From Octopus sinensis (lineage: Eukaryota), in NCBI RefSeq assembly GCF_006345805.1, contig NC_043008.1, positions 67,766,001-67,830,000 on the forward strand: a stretch of 64,000 bases of DNA, given 5' to 3'. Of this stretch, positions 11,850 through 25,453 are shown piece after piece (position 1 is the stretch's first letter; every line of letters starts with the position of its first letter). Both the position numbers and the translations under genes were made by a program. Below the pieces are notes generated by a model. That model was not told the DNA's origin, made no database searches, and was given only the letters and a program-made list of their open reading frames with translations.

Positions 11850-12680
11850 ACAAACACAGCATTCCTATGAACGAAGGTTGATGTCATACAGTACTGAAGG
11901 GGATATCCTGACATCTGAATTATTGATGTAAAGAAAACAAAAGACAGTTACAATTAATAGAGTATTTCCGGAAGTTACTAGGGAAGTTAATTTTAATTCA
12001 CGTATTTACGTTCTCACGGTTGTTGGGATACCTACACAAGTTAGAAAGGAAAGAAAGGGGCAAAATATCCGGAATTTCTAGCATAACAAAATATTTAAGT
12101 CAGTGACCTAGACAAGACTCTTATCGTAAAAATACATTCTTACAAACCATTCAAGGTAGAAATTTGTTTTGTTTAAAAGAATTTAAATGCTATTATTTCA
12201 CACGCTATAGAATTGAAACATTATAAACAGCTGTCAATTAAAAAATGCTTTAGTTTGATGTCAGGTGCCAGGGATAAAGAAACTAGATTTTTTTGTTTAC
12301 TGTTCAAGATGTTATGGCATATCTATAGGAATGCCCACCTGTCTTAGAAAATGACAATGCAAAAAAAAATTTAATGGAGTTTTAGCATACAAATTCTTTA
12401 GACTACATGTAGTAAACCTTGTATTATTCATCATGACAAAAAGAACAATGCTGTCTTAATAACTGACATAGCAATCCCGAATGACATAGGAATCCCGAAA
12501 TGAGCTGAAAAGATATGGAATTACCCTGACTTAGTTCTTGAAGAAAGACATGCCATTCAAAAATCTGCTGTCCATCATTTGTAATTGGTACATCTGGAAT
12601 GAAGCATACACACATCTGTGAAAACATCGAGAGATTACGCGGATATAAATGCATTCCAGAGAAGAGCAAACATTAAGATT
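11850..12680 (+). mobile_element. Decayed R4/Dong-clade LINE 3' region (restriction-like endonuclease)
   Basis: Broken translation CSKPCIIHHDKKNNAVLITDIAIPND...AEKIWNYPDL resembles the NKPDI..D....IIDIAIP...EK..KY.DL motif; the left boundary is uncertain. Confidence 0.55.
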
Positions 12681-12729
12681 TATAAATACTAGCTGGACCT
12701 GTGAATATTCAACAGAGTATGCAACCTCC

Positions 12730-13051
12730 GTGGAAGCGCAATGGCCCAGTGGTTAGGGCAGCGGACTCGCGGTCGGATGATCGCGGTTTCGATTCCCAGA
12801 CCGGGCGTTGTGTGTGTTTATTGAGCGAAAACACCAAAAAGCTCCACGAGGCTCCGGCAGGGGGTGGCGGCGACCCCTATTGTACTCTTTCGCCCCAACT
12901 TTCTCTCACTCTTTCTTCCTGTTTCTTGGGTAACGCTGCGATGGACTGCCGTCCCGTCCAGCTGGGGGGAACACATACGCCACAGAAACCGGGAAACCGG
13001 GCCCATGAGCCTGGCTAGGCTTGAAAAGGACGCATAAATAAATAAATAATA
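12730..13051 (+). mobile_element. Full-length tRNA-derived SINE (family D) with (TAAA)n tail and 11-bp TSD
   Basis: A box TGGCCCAGTGG, B box GGTTTCGATTCCC; TSD ATGCAACCTCC at 12719-12729 and 13052-13062; contains GCGATGGACTGCCGTCCCGTCCAG, which resembles the V-SINE core. Confidence 0.92.
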
Positions 13052-13644
13052 ATGCAACCTCCACAACATCCTTGTATTTTATATTTAAAATAATTATTTC
13101 CGTTGCTACGAAATAGATCATATTGGAAGCATTATTTTAACACAGAGCAACATGTGAAATGCAACACTTTTGGGTAGGTAAAGTAAAATTAAAGGATACC
13201 TTTTCGAGTCCTGCCGACTCATAAGGGCCAATTTCCAGGTTTCATGACGTATAAGTTTCACCTGGAGGGGCGCCGATCCGTCGCAGGATTCCTCATTTCT
13301 ACCAGTTGAGTGGACTGGAGCAACGTGAAAGGAAGTGTTTTGCTCAAGAACACAATGCGTCGCCTGCTCCAAGAATCGAAACCATAGTATTACGATCATG
13401 TGTTCAATACCCTTACTACTAAGCCACGCGCTTCCACAATACTTTCTGGTAGATACACTACTGTAAGATAAATTCTTGTGGTAGTAGTCGTTTGATGAAA
13501 AATTGTTTATGATTAAGTTCCACTGTAGCTGGATTCGTGTCTTTACAAAATCATCCTTATGATTAATTGGTGTTTACTATCGGAGTGGATCAAGCGAAAA
13601 ACAACTTGACTTATGAAATAAGATTGGAATAGAAATAATAATAA

Positions 13645-13671
13645 CTAGCTGGACCCGTGAAAACTTCACGG
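13645..13671 (-). mobile_element. Helitron 3' terminus (hairpin + CTAG|T); a degenerate second copy at ~12689-12716
   Basis: Minus strand CCGTGAA-GTT-TTCACGG-GTCCAG-CTAG followed by T; 5' end not identified. Confidence 0.7.
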
Positions 13672-14123
13672 AAAACATAAAAAAATGTAAACATATGTAA
13701 ATAAGTGCTGATTCCATGAGAAATGTTTCTATAATGTGACACTTACAGAATATAGAAAAAAGTGTAAAACCGATAACTATATGATCCAAACAAAATATCT
13801 CAGTTACGCACACGTAAACAGAATTACTATTTAACCTTAAAATACATCTTACATATTCAAAGAACCTTCTTGGTTTAGTGGTACGGAACGTTCTTCTGGT
13901 ATTCTTTTATTCTTTTACCTGTTTCAGCCATTTGACTGTGGCCGTGCTAGAGCGCCGCCCTTTAGTCAAAGAGATCGACCACTGGGCTTATTTCTTGTAA
14001 GCCTGATGCTTATTCTATCAGTCTATTCTGCCGATCAGCTAAGTTACGGAGACGCAAGCACACCAACATTGGTTGCCAAGCAATGGTGGTGGGGGAACAA
14101 ACACAAATACGCATAAATATATG

Positions 14124-14164
<41 letters not shown>

Positions 14165-14170
14165 ATATAC

Positions 14171-14260
<90 letters not shown>

Positions 14261-15712
14261 CAACGGGCTTCTTTCAGTTTCCGTCTATGAAATCCTCTCA
14301 CGAAGCTTTGGTCGGCCCGATCGAAGGTAGAAGACGCTCTTTAAAGTATAGAGATGAATTTCGTGTTTTGTTAACTTCTCTCCCCCAACCATTTTGTAGG
14401 GGGTACTACTCCTTTTCTGGGCTCTTTTCACAGCTATACCCCGTTAGAAATTTGCATTAGTATTTGTATTAAAAGAAAAAAAGGAAAGGAGTGGGGCTTG
14501 TTTGTAGTTTGTAGAAGAAACGTTAAACGTGCCTGAAAAAACACGTAGAACTATGAAAAAGGCGAATAAGTACCGGGGGTCGAGGAAATTAACAGTCGAT
14601 CGTTCTAGAATTGAAAACGTAAACACCTGAAAGATTTTCCCTCTATTCATTATTAAATGTCTTTCCCTTTTCTTCATTGTTAAAAGTAAAGAAGCTAGAA
14701 AAGATCGATCGTAATTCAGTCTAATTGTCATTGTAAATGACTGAGGCTTTCCTTTCTCTGTCTCTATTGTTTCAATCCTTTTCTCTACGGTTAAGAGAGT
14801 GAAGGTGAGTGACTCAGTGGTTAGGGGTATTCGACCCACGATCGTAAAGTCATGAGTACGATCCCCGGCGGCGCGCTGTGTTCTTGAGCAAGATACTCTT
14901 CTTCAGCTTGCTGCAGTCCACTCAGCTGGCAAAAATGAGTTGTAACTGTAATTCAAAGGGGAGAGCCTTGTCACATTCTATATGAGGCCGGATCTCCATG
15001 AGAACTACCATATGGTATGCATGTCTGTGGAGTATTCAGCCACTTGCGCGCTAATTTTACGAGGAGACTGTTCAGTTGATCAGATAACCAGGAACCTCGT
15101 CTTCGTAAGCGATGGAGCACCACATTTTAGAAAGATTGAAAGAAAAGGAAATATTCCATATCGTAGGGCAAAAATGTCATGTGTTTAGTATAAGCAATGA
15201 AAGCTAAGACGAAATAATTACTGTTCCGTCGTGTAGCGATTTCGCCCTGGACTCACGCTCAGTTTGATAATAACAGACTGCGCATCGATATTTATCTGGG
15301 AGCTTAGCCTCCAGATTTGTGAGATCCACAAATGTCACTGTTAGGATGGATTAACGCCCATAGTGACCCTAACGACTAAAAAGATTTTCTTGCCCCTATG
15401 TAGGATCTTTTTTCGTTTCCTTCCAACCACTTGAAGGCTTATCTTGCTTCTGTCCACTCAGCTGGCCAAAATGAGTTGTAGCTGTAATTGAAAGGGGCCA
15501 GCCTTGTCATATTCTATGTGAGGCAGAATCTACCTGATAACTATGCATGGCTGTGGAGTACTCAGCCACTTGCGAGTTAATTTTATCCTCGTATGGTAAC
15601 GAAAAGTGAAAGTGACATCCAATATTTGTTGCAGGTATTTGTCTTTGATTTAACAATGTGTCTACGTATCTATGCATCGACTTATCTTTCGAGTTATGCA
15701 TCTACTCTCTCT

Positions 15713-15752
<40 letters not shown>

Positions 15753-16217
15753 GTATGAAAATGGTTCCATCGTCTTTCACTATTATTCTCTATCCATTCC
15801 CTTTCTTCACTTAATCTACCTCTCTAAATCTCTCTCTTTCCCCCTCCCTCCCTTCTCCCTCCTCTAGAGTTGCCTCCAACTGTCCTGCATTTAACGTGTT
15901 ATATTTCTCTTACGTCTCAGCGCTATCAATCTCCCCCTCTCTCTCTTTCTTTCTCACACTCCCTCTTACTTACTCTTCTTTCCCGCTTCGCCTCTCACTT
16001 CATGTATACCTCCTTCAAGTATACTTCCTCTGCTTCTGTCCCTCCCTTCTCTCACGCTTTGCCACTCACTTCAAATATACCTCCTCTGCTTCATACCTTT
16101 TATTTCTCTGTTTCTTTGTACCTCTCCCTTCAATCTTTTTGCCTTTTCCTTTGAAGTGTGATACACACTACAGATACAAAAAACAAAAAAAAACTAAGCG
16201 TATTAATATTATTGATA

Positions 16218-16252
<35 letters not shown>

Positions 16253-16845
16253 TTTCTTATATAAACAAATATATGCATTCGTTCAAATACATTTCTTATA
16301 TAACAGCTAAGAAAATATGAATAAAAAAACATAAGAGAAAGTAAGGGAATATGATAAATTATTGTTGTTGTGTTCCTCACAACCAATTTTTAGCGATAAC
16401 TAGCCTAGAGAGCATAATGCACGTGCTAACTTATTAACGGAGTGGCACGAAGAATTACAATAGGATTCTTCAGGTGTTCTAAAAAAGCAGGTTTTTTTAA
16501 AACTGTAGTATGATACGTATGTTTTCCAAGACATAACTTATGCATATTATAAAATAGATCACATTCTAGGCGTATCTTTCGAATCGATAATGAAAATGTA
16601 ATAATAATAATAATAATAATCCTTTCTACTATAGGTACAAGGACTGGAATTTTGGGGAAGGGGGCCAGTCGATTACATTGAACACAGTACTTGACTGGTA
16701 TTTAATTTATCGACCCCGGCTGAATTTAAACTCAGCTTGTAAAGACGGATGAAAAACATTTAGGCACCGATAAACATTTAGGCGGCGTGCTAACGATTCT
16801 GTCAACTCGCCGCCACATTAATGACAATAATAATAAGAAGAATGG

Positions 16846-16847
16846 TG

Positions 16848-16920
<73 letters not shown>
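16846..16920. repeat. (TAA)n microsatellite
   Basis: Directly visible. Confidence 0.97.
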
Positions 16921-16921
<1 letters not shown>

Positions 16922-17123
16922 CAGAAGGCATCAAGAGGAATATAAAAGAAATTGAAATAGAGTGCTAAGTAGAATTGTTACAGAAGGTTTGCCTCCCTGG
17001 TGCAGCCAGAATAATCAGGAAAGATAGCCGAAAAGAAAGGATAGCAAGGTACTGTAGGCTACAGGTAGAATGCCTGCTACGTATGCAAGACTCCAGGAGT
17101 GCTAAGATAATCTGGGATAAAAA
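16921..17123 (+). mobile_element. 5'-truncated R4/Dong-like LINE 3' end between TAA/TTA tracts
   Basis: LLQKVCLPGAARIIRK matches the QK..LLGTARI.R C-terminal motif also seen near 47810 and 55250. Confidence 0.65.
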
Positions 17124-17151
17124 ATTATTATTATTATCAACATTATTATTA

Positions 17152-17655
17152 TTGAGTGAGAGAGAAGTGCATATATACCCACCAGTATACCCACCATGAC
17201 TACCCTTCTGATAAGGGTACCCCAGGTACATGCATCACAACCATATGTACATGACATGGTGATCTCATATCAATATAAACAGCGTATGACCTTGCAGGTG
17301 GGGCCCAGTTAGAATTTTCTTCAGATCGAGTAGCCCATCCAGCTCAAAAGGTCACTGAATAAGGGTTTTTTGAGGATGTTGAACGAAATACCCATGTTTC
17401 CAGAAGTGAATTATTCAAACCCCAAAGAATTCCTCTCAACACATGGCTATGGTGCTCCCCCACTACTTCTGCTCATGATCAGAGATACACATATCGTCAG
17501 CCTCTAAGGAACATGCTCAACTGGTTACGGTAAATCTGTGGTATTGAGCAGAATATTTGCTGTAGCCCATCTCTTATACCAAGACGAATCAATGTACATG
17601 ATAACATTTCCAATCAGTTATGATCAGAAGCCATGAGAGCCACTGTTTGGTACTG

Positions 17656-17658
<3 letters not shown>
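17152..17658 (-). mobile_element. ~510-550 bp non-coding interspersed element embedded in (TAA)n, copy 1
   Basis: Co-linear with 41094-41607 (-) and ~47935-48486 (+); every copy has TAA/TTA repeats on both sides. Confidence 0.88.
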
Positions 17659-17689
<31 letters not shown>

Positions 17690-18081
17690 ACTATACCATA
17701 AGACAAAAATGTGTCTGCAAAAAAGTACGACAAATTTGAAAAATACAAAGGCTAAGAAGCTAAGATTAGCAGGAACAGAAAAAATTAAGAGAAGCTACGT
17801 AAGAAAGAATGGATGGTTTTCACTTTCATTGCATATAAATGTTTTTGTTACCTCTGCAATAAATGATTGAAAAATATACACTAACAATCTATACAGTACT
17901 TAATACACTTCTTAGTATTTAATTCTATTGAAACTCCCAGATCAATATATAATCTATACATATAAATTTGACATGGGCGATTCTTTCTTGTCTTGGAATT
18001 CACGGTCAAACGGCTGGGTGGAATTGCGCGAAAAATTACACAGGTGTGCAGAATGATCCAGTGGTGATGCTGGGTTTTGTA

Positions 18082-18313
18082 TTATTTCACAGCTCCTATG
18101 GTTACCGAAGATAATCTACTATGATAATGATCTTGTGTCTATGAATGAGAAAGGAAAGGAAGGGGCGATAGATGAATAAGGAAGGAAGGGGTGATGTCAT
18201 ATATTTTTCATAGCTCCCATGGTTACCGAGATAATCTACTATAATAGTACTCTTGTGTTTATGAATGAGAAAAGGGGTGATTGATGAATAACGAAGGAAG
18301 GGGTGATGTCATA
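18082..18313. repeat. Tandem duplication, ~110-120 bp unit x2
   Basis: CATGG/TATGGTTACCGA..GATAATCTACTAT...GAAGGAAGGGGTGATGTCATA appears twice in succession. Confidence 0.85.
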
Positions 18314-18411
18314 CTTGGTAGTGGGATGATGAAAATTGTACACTAAAAATATAAATCAAACAGCATTTCAACTCTGTATGAATATATGTGTGTGTATCTG
18401 AATGTGAGTAT

Positions 18412-18458
<47 letters not shown>

Positions 18459-18684
18459 CGCGTGCAATGGAAGTGGGATGGTTCATCTTTGTTCGCTTAG
18501 TATTTGGATTTATTTTTGGATTTGGTTGAATCTTGCTTGTTTTTTTTTTGCGTTTTGACAGAAAAAAAATCATTCTAAAATTGTTTTTAACGTAATCGTG
18601 TCCAAACAAGTCGAATGCTTACACAGAGCAGGTTTTACTGCCACATCGTCTAAACCGACCGAGTGAAACCGGGCTTAGCTGCTA

Positions 18685-18747
<63 letters not shown>

Positions 18748-19406
18748 TCTTTATTACACAATAGTTTATCATAATTATTTTATACTATTCTTCTTCTTCT
18801 ATCCTTTTACCTGTTTCAGCCAGTTGACTGTGACCATGCTGGAGCACCGCCTTGAAGGGCTTTAGTCGAAGAAATCGATCTCAGGGCTTATTCTTTGTAA
18901 GCTTAGTACTTATTCTATTGGTCACTTTTGCCGAACCGCTAAATTACGGGGACATCAGCATCGGTTGCTAAGCGATTGTGAGGAAACAAACACACACGCA
19001 CACACACGCACATACACGCACATACACACATACACACATACACATACGACGGAATTCTTTCAGTTTCCGTCTATCAAATCCACTCACAAGGCTTTGGTCG
19101 ACCCGAGACTATAGTAGATCACACTTGCATTAGGTGCTACGCAGTGGAACTGAACCCGGTGCCATCTGGCTGGGAAGCAAGTTTCTTACCTCACAGCCAC
19201 GCTTGTGCCTATAAATTATATACAATTATATACAATTAGATTACAGAAAACGATATAGAGAATATGCACGACGTTTTTATTTACATGATTAGTTTTGTAA
19301 ATTTTAAAAAATAACACCCACCATTATTTTGCGAGCTTATTTCACCTCGACACAATATATCGGTTGACACAATAATATATAATTTTAAAATTTCCCTGTT
19401 CAACAC

Positions 19407-19464
<58 letters not shown>

Positions 19465-20169
19465 ATCTCTCTCTACCTATTACTTCAACAAACTGTTTAA
19501 CCATACAATCCCTCGTTTCATTTCCGTCGTTCTCTGTCTTTTCAACTCTTGCTTCTTCTAACCACATAACAGCATGGTTAATGGAAGTAGATATTTGCTT
19601 TCTCACTAGATCCCCCTCCCTCTCTCTCTCTCTCACGCTCCCTGTACCCCTCACTATCTCTCACTTTCCCTCCTTTTCTGTCGCGCTCACTCCACCTCTC
19701 ACTCCCTCGGCCTTCCCCCTCTCTCTTCCAATCTAAAGCGTAACGCTGTGAACGAATGAGCAAGCAGAATTATAACATAGATTGAAGGCAGATTAGCAAT
19801 TGAAGATTACCAATTGAAGATAAGCAATTGAAGACACAAATAACCCCAGTTGCAATTAGCATGCTTTGGTTCATAACGAAACGGATTTTTGAGTGCAAAG
19901 TAATGTGAAACAAACTTCAATAAAACCAACGCTATTTGAAATAGATCAATAATGCCCATAGCTAAATCAGTCAGCAATCGGTTAAGTCAAGACGGATTTT
20001 GAATTTCGTAATAACTGTATATTGCGATCTTAATACAAAACTTACGTAACACACGGTTCAGAAGCATTGTCTTCTCAAAAGGTTAACTCTGAACAAAAGA
20101 TTCATTATTCTCTTGAGCTTTCTACTAAATTCAAGCTCTATTAATAAATCCCCTGAAAAGAAACCACAA

Positions 20170-20845
20170 AAGGTGATGCGGTTGATGGTGGTGGGTGTGA
20201 TGGCGTTCGTATTGTTGTTGATGTTGTAGATGGTGGTGGTGTTGGTCATGGCGGTAGTGATGATGAGTCTAATGGTGACAGTAAATATGGTGGTGATGGT
20301 GGTGGTGGTGCTACTACTGCTGCTGGTAGTGGAGTTGGTAGTGTTGGTATTGGTGTTAGTATTGGTGCTGGTGGTAGTAGTGGTAGTAGTGCTGCTGCTG
20401 TTGCTGCTGGTGCTGCTGTTGTTGTTGTTAAGCAACCAGACGGGTAAGGGTGATTAGGTGATGGTCTAGGGCTTAGGGGTGGGAGACCCTAGACCTTGGA
20501 AAAAAAAACTTTGGTCGTCTTGTTGTAGTCGAGGGCTCTTCGTTGACGCCCGACACCACTGGGAGGTGGCCCTCGAAGTCGCTGGAAATGGAGATCTCCA
20601 GATCCAAATTCTTGAACGGCTGCTGCTGGTGCTAGTAGTGGTGGTGGTGCTGGCGGTGGTGCTGCTAGTGGTGGGGGTGATGGTGGTGGTGGTGGTGGCG
20701 GTGGTGGTGGTGGTGGTAGAGGTGGTGATGGCGCTGGTACAGGTGGTGATGGTGCTTGTAGTGGTGATGGTACTGGTGGTGGTGGTGGTCGTCGTCGTCG
20801 TCGTGGTATTGGTTGTGGTAGTAGCTATGGTAGTAATTTGTTAAC
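20170..20845. repeat. Degenerate (GTG/GGT/GCT)n tracts surrounding copy 2 of the GC island (20428-20621)
   Basis: Directly visible; produces the poly-V, poly-T and poly-H ORFs. Confidence 0.9.
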
Positions 20846-21376
20846 GAGTCAAAAGCGAAGTAACAACACCCGTTAAATCGTGTGCAAATAATGTCACTCC
20901 TTCCCAGCACCAACTCAAACAGCTGCTTTTGACACACACCGAAATGGCATACCCCTCTTTCAAGCACACACACACACACACACCACAACATACACACATA
21001 CATATGCGCACACACACGCACGCATACTTCTCTCTCTCTCCATTTCTCTCTCTCGCTCTCTCTCTCGCTCTTGGATGGGGTAAAAGTAACAACTTTTTCG
21101 CTTCGTTCGAAAATATGACTGAGGTCAAAGATTGTCAAGTGACGCCTTTTCAGTGAAGTTGCTAGAGAAGATTAAAGGAACAAATCAGAACAACAACAAC
21201 AACAACAAACACACTAGAAACAGCAACAATAACAACAGAATCAACAAACAGCAGCCATTATTCGTTGCCCTAACTATCTTATCCACTTCACGTTCTTTAT
21301 ATGCTAGCCAGCTTACTTTCACTTCTCTGTAAGTTTATTACTTAATTTATCTACGCAATATCCCTTACACTCATCT

Positions 21377-21379
<3 letters not shown>

Positions 21380-21433
<54 letters not shown>

Positions 21434-21889
21434 GTGTATGCATGTTTATATGTATATACTTTCATATATATACAAACAACGTACACAAACACACGTATAT
21501 ATCTATATCTGCAAATATATATATATATATATAAATATATATACGTGTGTATGTCTGTATATATGTACATAGATATATTTATACAAACATATATGTGAGT
21601 ATGTATGCGTTTACGCATGTATGTATGTATGTATGTATGTTCTAGATTTTTTAACACTTTCTCACCAATAGCGAAATAATGAAGCAGTTTCTTACCCAGA
21701 ATCAAGGCTCTTTCACTGGAATTTAGGCATTATTTGGGCAGTCGTTTGTGTATGTTTGTATATACATGTGTGTGTATGTGTGTGTATGTTTATAAGAATA
21801 TATGTTTATATGTATATATGTAAGAATGTGTGTGTTTGCATATATGCATTTATATATATATATGCGTATATATATGTATATATATATAA

Positions 21890-21935
<46 letters not shown>

Positions 21936-22130
21936 TCTACATATATGTATATATGTGTGCGCACATGCATGTATGTACGTACCTCCGTATGTATGTATGT
22001 ATGAATGTGTGTATGTATGCGTGTACGTACCCATGTATCTATGTGTGCGTGCATGTATGTATGTACGCATGTATTTACGCTTACATGTTTTCATACATGT
22101 ATGCTAACATCTACGAATGCATCTTTATGT
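21380..22130. repeat. Compound (TA)n/(TG)n/(TATG)n low-complexity block
   Basis: Directly visible. Confidence 0.93.
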
Positions 22131-22329
22131 GTTTTTGATATACAAGCAAGTATTCATCTTAGTTCTATACATGTTAACTTATGCATCTGAGCATATACAT
22201 ATATCCGTATTCTCTACGTATGTATATATTCCTATAACATGGTAAACTTCGAGAATGTTTTACATATTCTCACAGTGCATTCAATGATTTGTAGCTAGAA
22301 TCTTCTAGATAACTGATATCGTTCTGGTC

Positions 22330-22760
22330 TTGTGAAACCTTGCTCTTCAATACTGTTGTTGACGCATTTCAGTTATGTTAATCAAGAACCCCAATAATCT
22401 CAGGATTGAGTTTAAAACCATAACCCAGTTGAAGTTTTGGCAGATTTCTCATTAGATTAGCATAGATATCTATTTTTTCTTTTCCCTTTAACATTATGTT
22501 AACATCTGTCGGACACCTGTTTTCCACTGCTGCACATAATTTCTTTTCACATTGTCCCAAACCATTCATTATGTCTGCTCTGTTATGTCTACATTTTACA
22601 AGATTTTGACAAGAACATTTCACCCGTTTTCTTTCATAATATGTGTAACTATGCTCTCTACACCCTCAAAACCACTTATATTGTTATCTTCGGGAATAGT
22701 CTTTATGTTGATTGCATTGCGCAATGTTCTGGCCACGACATCATACTCCATCATTAGATA
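22330..22760 (-). mobile_element. R4/Dong-like restriction-like endonuclease remnant
   Basis: KCRHNRADI...VENRCPTDVNIMLKGKEKIDIYANL...PEIIGVL (ORF 22378-22623) fits RPDI..D...E..CP.D.NI..KE.EK..KY...PIIIGAL. Confidence 0.65.
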
Positions 22761-23739
22761 ATGGCGTTCAAATTACGCTGAGGTTGACTTGGCCTTTCAT
22801 CCTTTCATGATAGATAAAATAAGTTGCAGTCAAGTATTGCGGTCGATGTTATCAACTAACTTCTACCACCAAAACATCTGGCTTCGAGCCAAAATGCAAA
22901 ACAATTATTATCGCTGTTGTCGTTGTTGTTGTTATTCTTATTGTTGTTCTCGTCGTCGTCGCCAAGTTTTGATCAGCGAAGACGTAGCTTTTGTGACATG
23001 CATGCATTTATGAAAAATATGTTATCAATTTTCCAATTGGTTGGAATTTTATCTCTCTGTTGTATCGTTGAGAATTCTGTTTATGATATTATTGTCTTGT
23101 TTGAGTATAAAATACTGTTTTTGTTCATTTTGTTTCATTTAGTCATTTTTCAAAATAGCTTCTTACATTGGAGTAACAAGAAAAGATGTTGAGTACTACA
23201 TTTGGGGCACCAGCTACATGAATATGGACGACTACGTCTTCCTGTCCTCCCACCCAGAAAAAAAATAGTGGAGAAAGGTTATCACAAATTTAGAGAAGGA
23301 AAAACAGATAAAGCTAATAACAAAGAAACGCACAATGAGGAAAAAAAATAATTTGTGACAGGAAGCAGAAACAATCAAAATATTCGCTGCAAAAAAAAGC
23401 TAGCAACAACGAGAACACACACACACTCACACACACAACATTTTGCCTAACGTAAATGTTAGTGGCTTTGCAAGCTATTTTGTGATCGTTACTTGTCAGA
23501 AAATAATTTCTGAGCATTGATAAGATCTAGCCGGAGAAAGTAAGCGGCAGCTGTAAGAAAAGTTTATACTTCCTTGAGAAATTTGTCCAAGACCCAAAGT
23601 GACATACCTCTGTCCCCCGAAGTTTAGGTGGACTTTACAGCGTCTTCTTAAACAGGTAACTGAATGAAGCTTTAGCCGATATGTGGAGCAGTTTGCTGTT
23701 TATTAACTAGAGTAATTCATATGGAAGTATCCTGATACA

Positions 23740-23940
23740 GTAGAGGTGCTGGTGTCAGAAAGCAGTAATAGAGATTGAGTAGTCGCTGGTTCACAGTCAT
23801 CTCTCAGAAAGACTGGTGATGTACGGCAGAAATCCCAGCTGTCATGGTTGAAGCAGTAAAAGCTACTTGAGGGCTTTCCTCACCGAAGAAAGGAAGAAAA
23901 GACAGGAGTAGAACCAGCAACTCAACAGCAAATTCTGAAA
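23740..23940 (+). mobile_element. Possible decayed Tx1-type ORF1 zinc-knuckle region
   Basis: ERLVMYGRNPSCHG*SSKSYLRAF aligns loosely to KVRVEGRIPRCYKCGLKGHIRADC of the 4574-5576 ORF. Confidence 0.35.
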
Positions 23941-24289
23941 ACTGTTATTGCAACAATACTGCCGGTCCTGGGGTCGATTCGTTCGACTAAAATTTCAAGG
24001 CGGTGTCCCAACATGGCCGCAGTTAAATGACTGAAACAAGTAAAAGATAAAAGATAAAAGAATATCGTTATCCGCCCTGCTTCATTTATAAATGTTATTT
24101 CTTTTATCCCCTTTTATTCCCTTTTATCTCAGTGAATGGGTTCCGGTCACAATAATAGAGGAATTCTTTATTATTTCTCTATTATGGTCTTTATTATTGT
24201 CTATTAGTTTTCGAGAATGTTACAAAGCACTCACTGCACTTTGCTAGATAGACAATATACTTAATGGAGCAGTATCGCTGACAAGATGT

Positions 24290-24940
24290 GGCGGGTTGGC
24301 AAAACGTATGAGCGACAATGAGCTGGGAGCGATTCTGGACGTCAATGACGATAATCCTAATAATTCCTTCTGGAGGAATTTTAGGTCAAGGGTTATGGAC
24401 AATTTCCAAAAGTCTTTGATCTAGCAGTGCTACGTAAATGGAGAGGAGAAAGTCTTTACAGGTACTGTTATGCTGGATCCGGCAACAACCGAATCGTAAA
24501 GTGAGAGAATCATCCCGTCCATACGTATTCAGTGCCCATGAATTGCTTATTTGTCGATTTAGCACGGGGAATTATGGAGGACGCCCAGTTTCCCTCTATC
24601 TGATTACTATAATAAAAACGATAGTGCGATGGGTGTGATTAAGAGAAAAAAAGAGTCAAGGATCCTCTCTGTTGGCTAAGCACAAATCAGATTTTTTTAA
24701 AGGTATCACTTGAAGCAGCAGGTGCTGAAGCGGTTAGTGTTGTACTTCAAAACATTTTCTAGAACGCAGATGAGAGTGGCTAGGTTACCTCTGACGATGG
24801 TTTTCCTCTGAATATATACCTGTGGGTTGTCTGTGTAGGAGAGACAGAGACCCAAAACCAGAGACAGAAACAAAGAGTACATATTCTTGGTAGTCGAGGC
24901 GCGCTATCTTTTTACATGGATTTTCCTTGAGTGTTATTAG
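24290..24940 (+). mobile_element. Decayed Tx1-like ORF2 C-terminus (zf-RVT) and 3' region
   Basis: ATGGACAATTTCCAAAAGTCTTTG (MDNFQKSL) and IQCP are shared with the fragments at 31066-31398 and 40180-40957. Confidence 0.55.
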
Positions 24941-25084
24941 GCGGCTTTTGACTTTCTATGATACATGTGTGTGTCATGTGTGTGTACGTTTGTGTATGTG
25001 TGTGCACATATGTGTGTATAATGTATGTGTCCGCATATCTGTGTATACATGTGCATTAATTTTTTTAATATTATTGAAGTGCTG

Positions 25085-25453
25085 CCGGGATCGACTAGAT
25101 GCCAGTCAATTAGATCAACCATAGTACACAACTGGTACTTAATTTATCGACCCCGAAAGGGTGAAAAGTAAAGTCGACCTCAGTGGAATTTGAACTCAGA
25201 AGTATAGACAGACGAAATACCTATTTCTTTACTACCCACAAGGGGCTAAACACAGAGAGGACAAACAGGGACAGACAAACGGATTAAATCGATTATATCG
25301 ACCCCAGTGCGTAACTGGTACTTAATTTATCGACTCCGAAAGGATGAAAGGCAAAGTCGACCTCGGCGGAATTTGAACTCAGAACGTAACGGCAGACGAA
25401 ATACGGCTACGCATTTCGCCCGGCGTGCTAATGTTTCTGCCAGCTCGCCGCCT
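25085..25453 (-). mobile_element. SINE A dimer (tail A unit + tail B unit)
   Basis: Junction AAAGAAATA|GGTATTTCG at 25222/25221. Confidence 0.88.

Noticed and set aside
12730-12810. SINE heads as genuine tRNA genes (also 60915 and 4438)
   Set aside because: A/B boxes are present but there is no complete cloverleaf or acceptor stem, and they continue into SINE bodies with tails and TSDs.
20479-21138. His-rich (20665-21138 -) and Val-rich (20479-20844 +) ORFs as real genes
   Set aside because: Built from trinucleotide repeats; the frame through the conserved island is broken by stops and by an A-run indel between the two copies.
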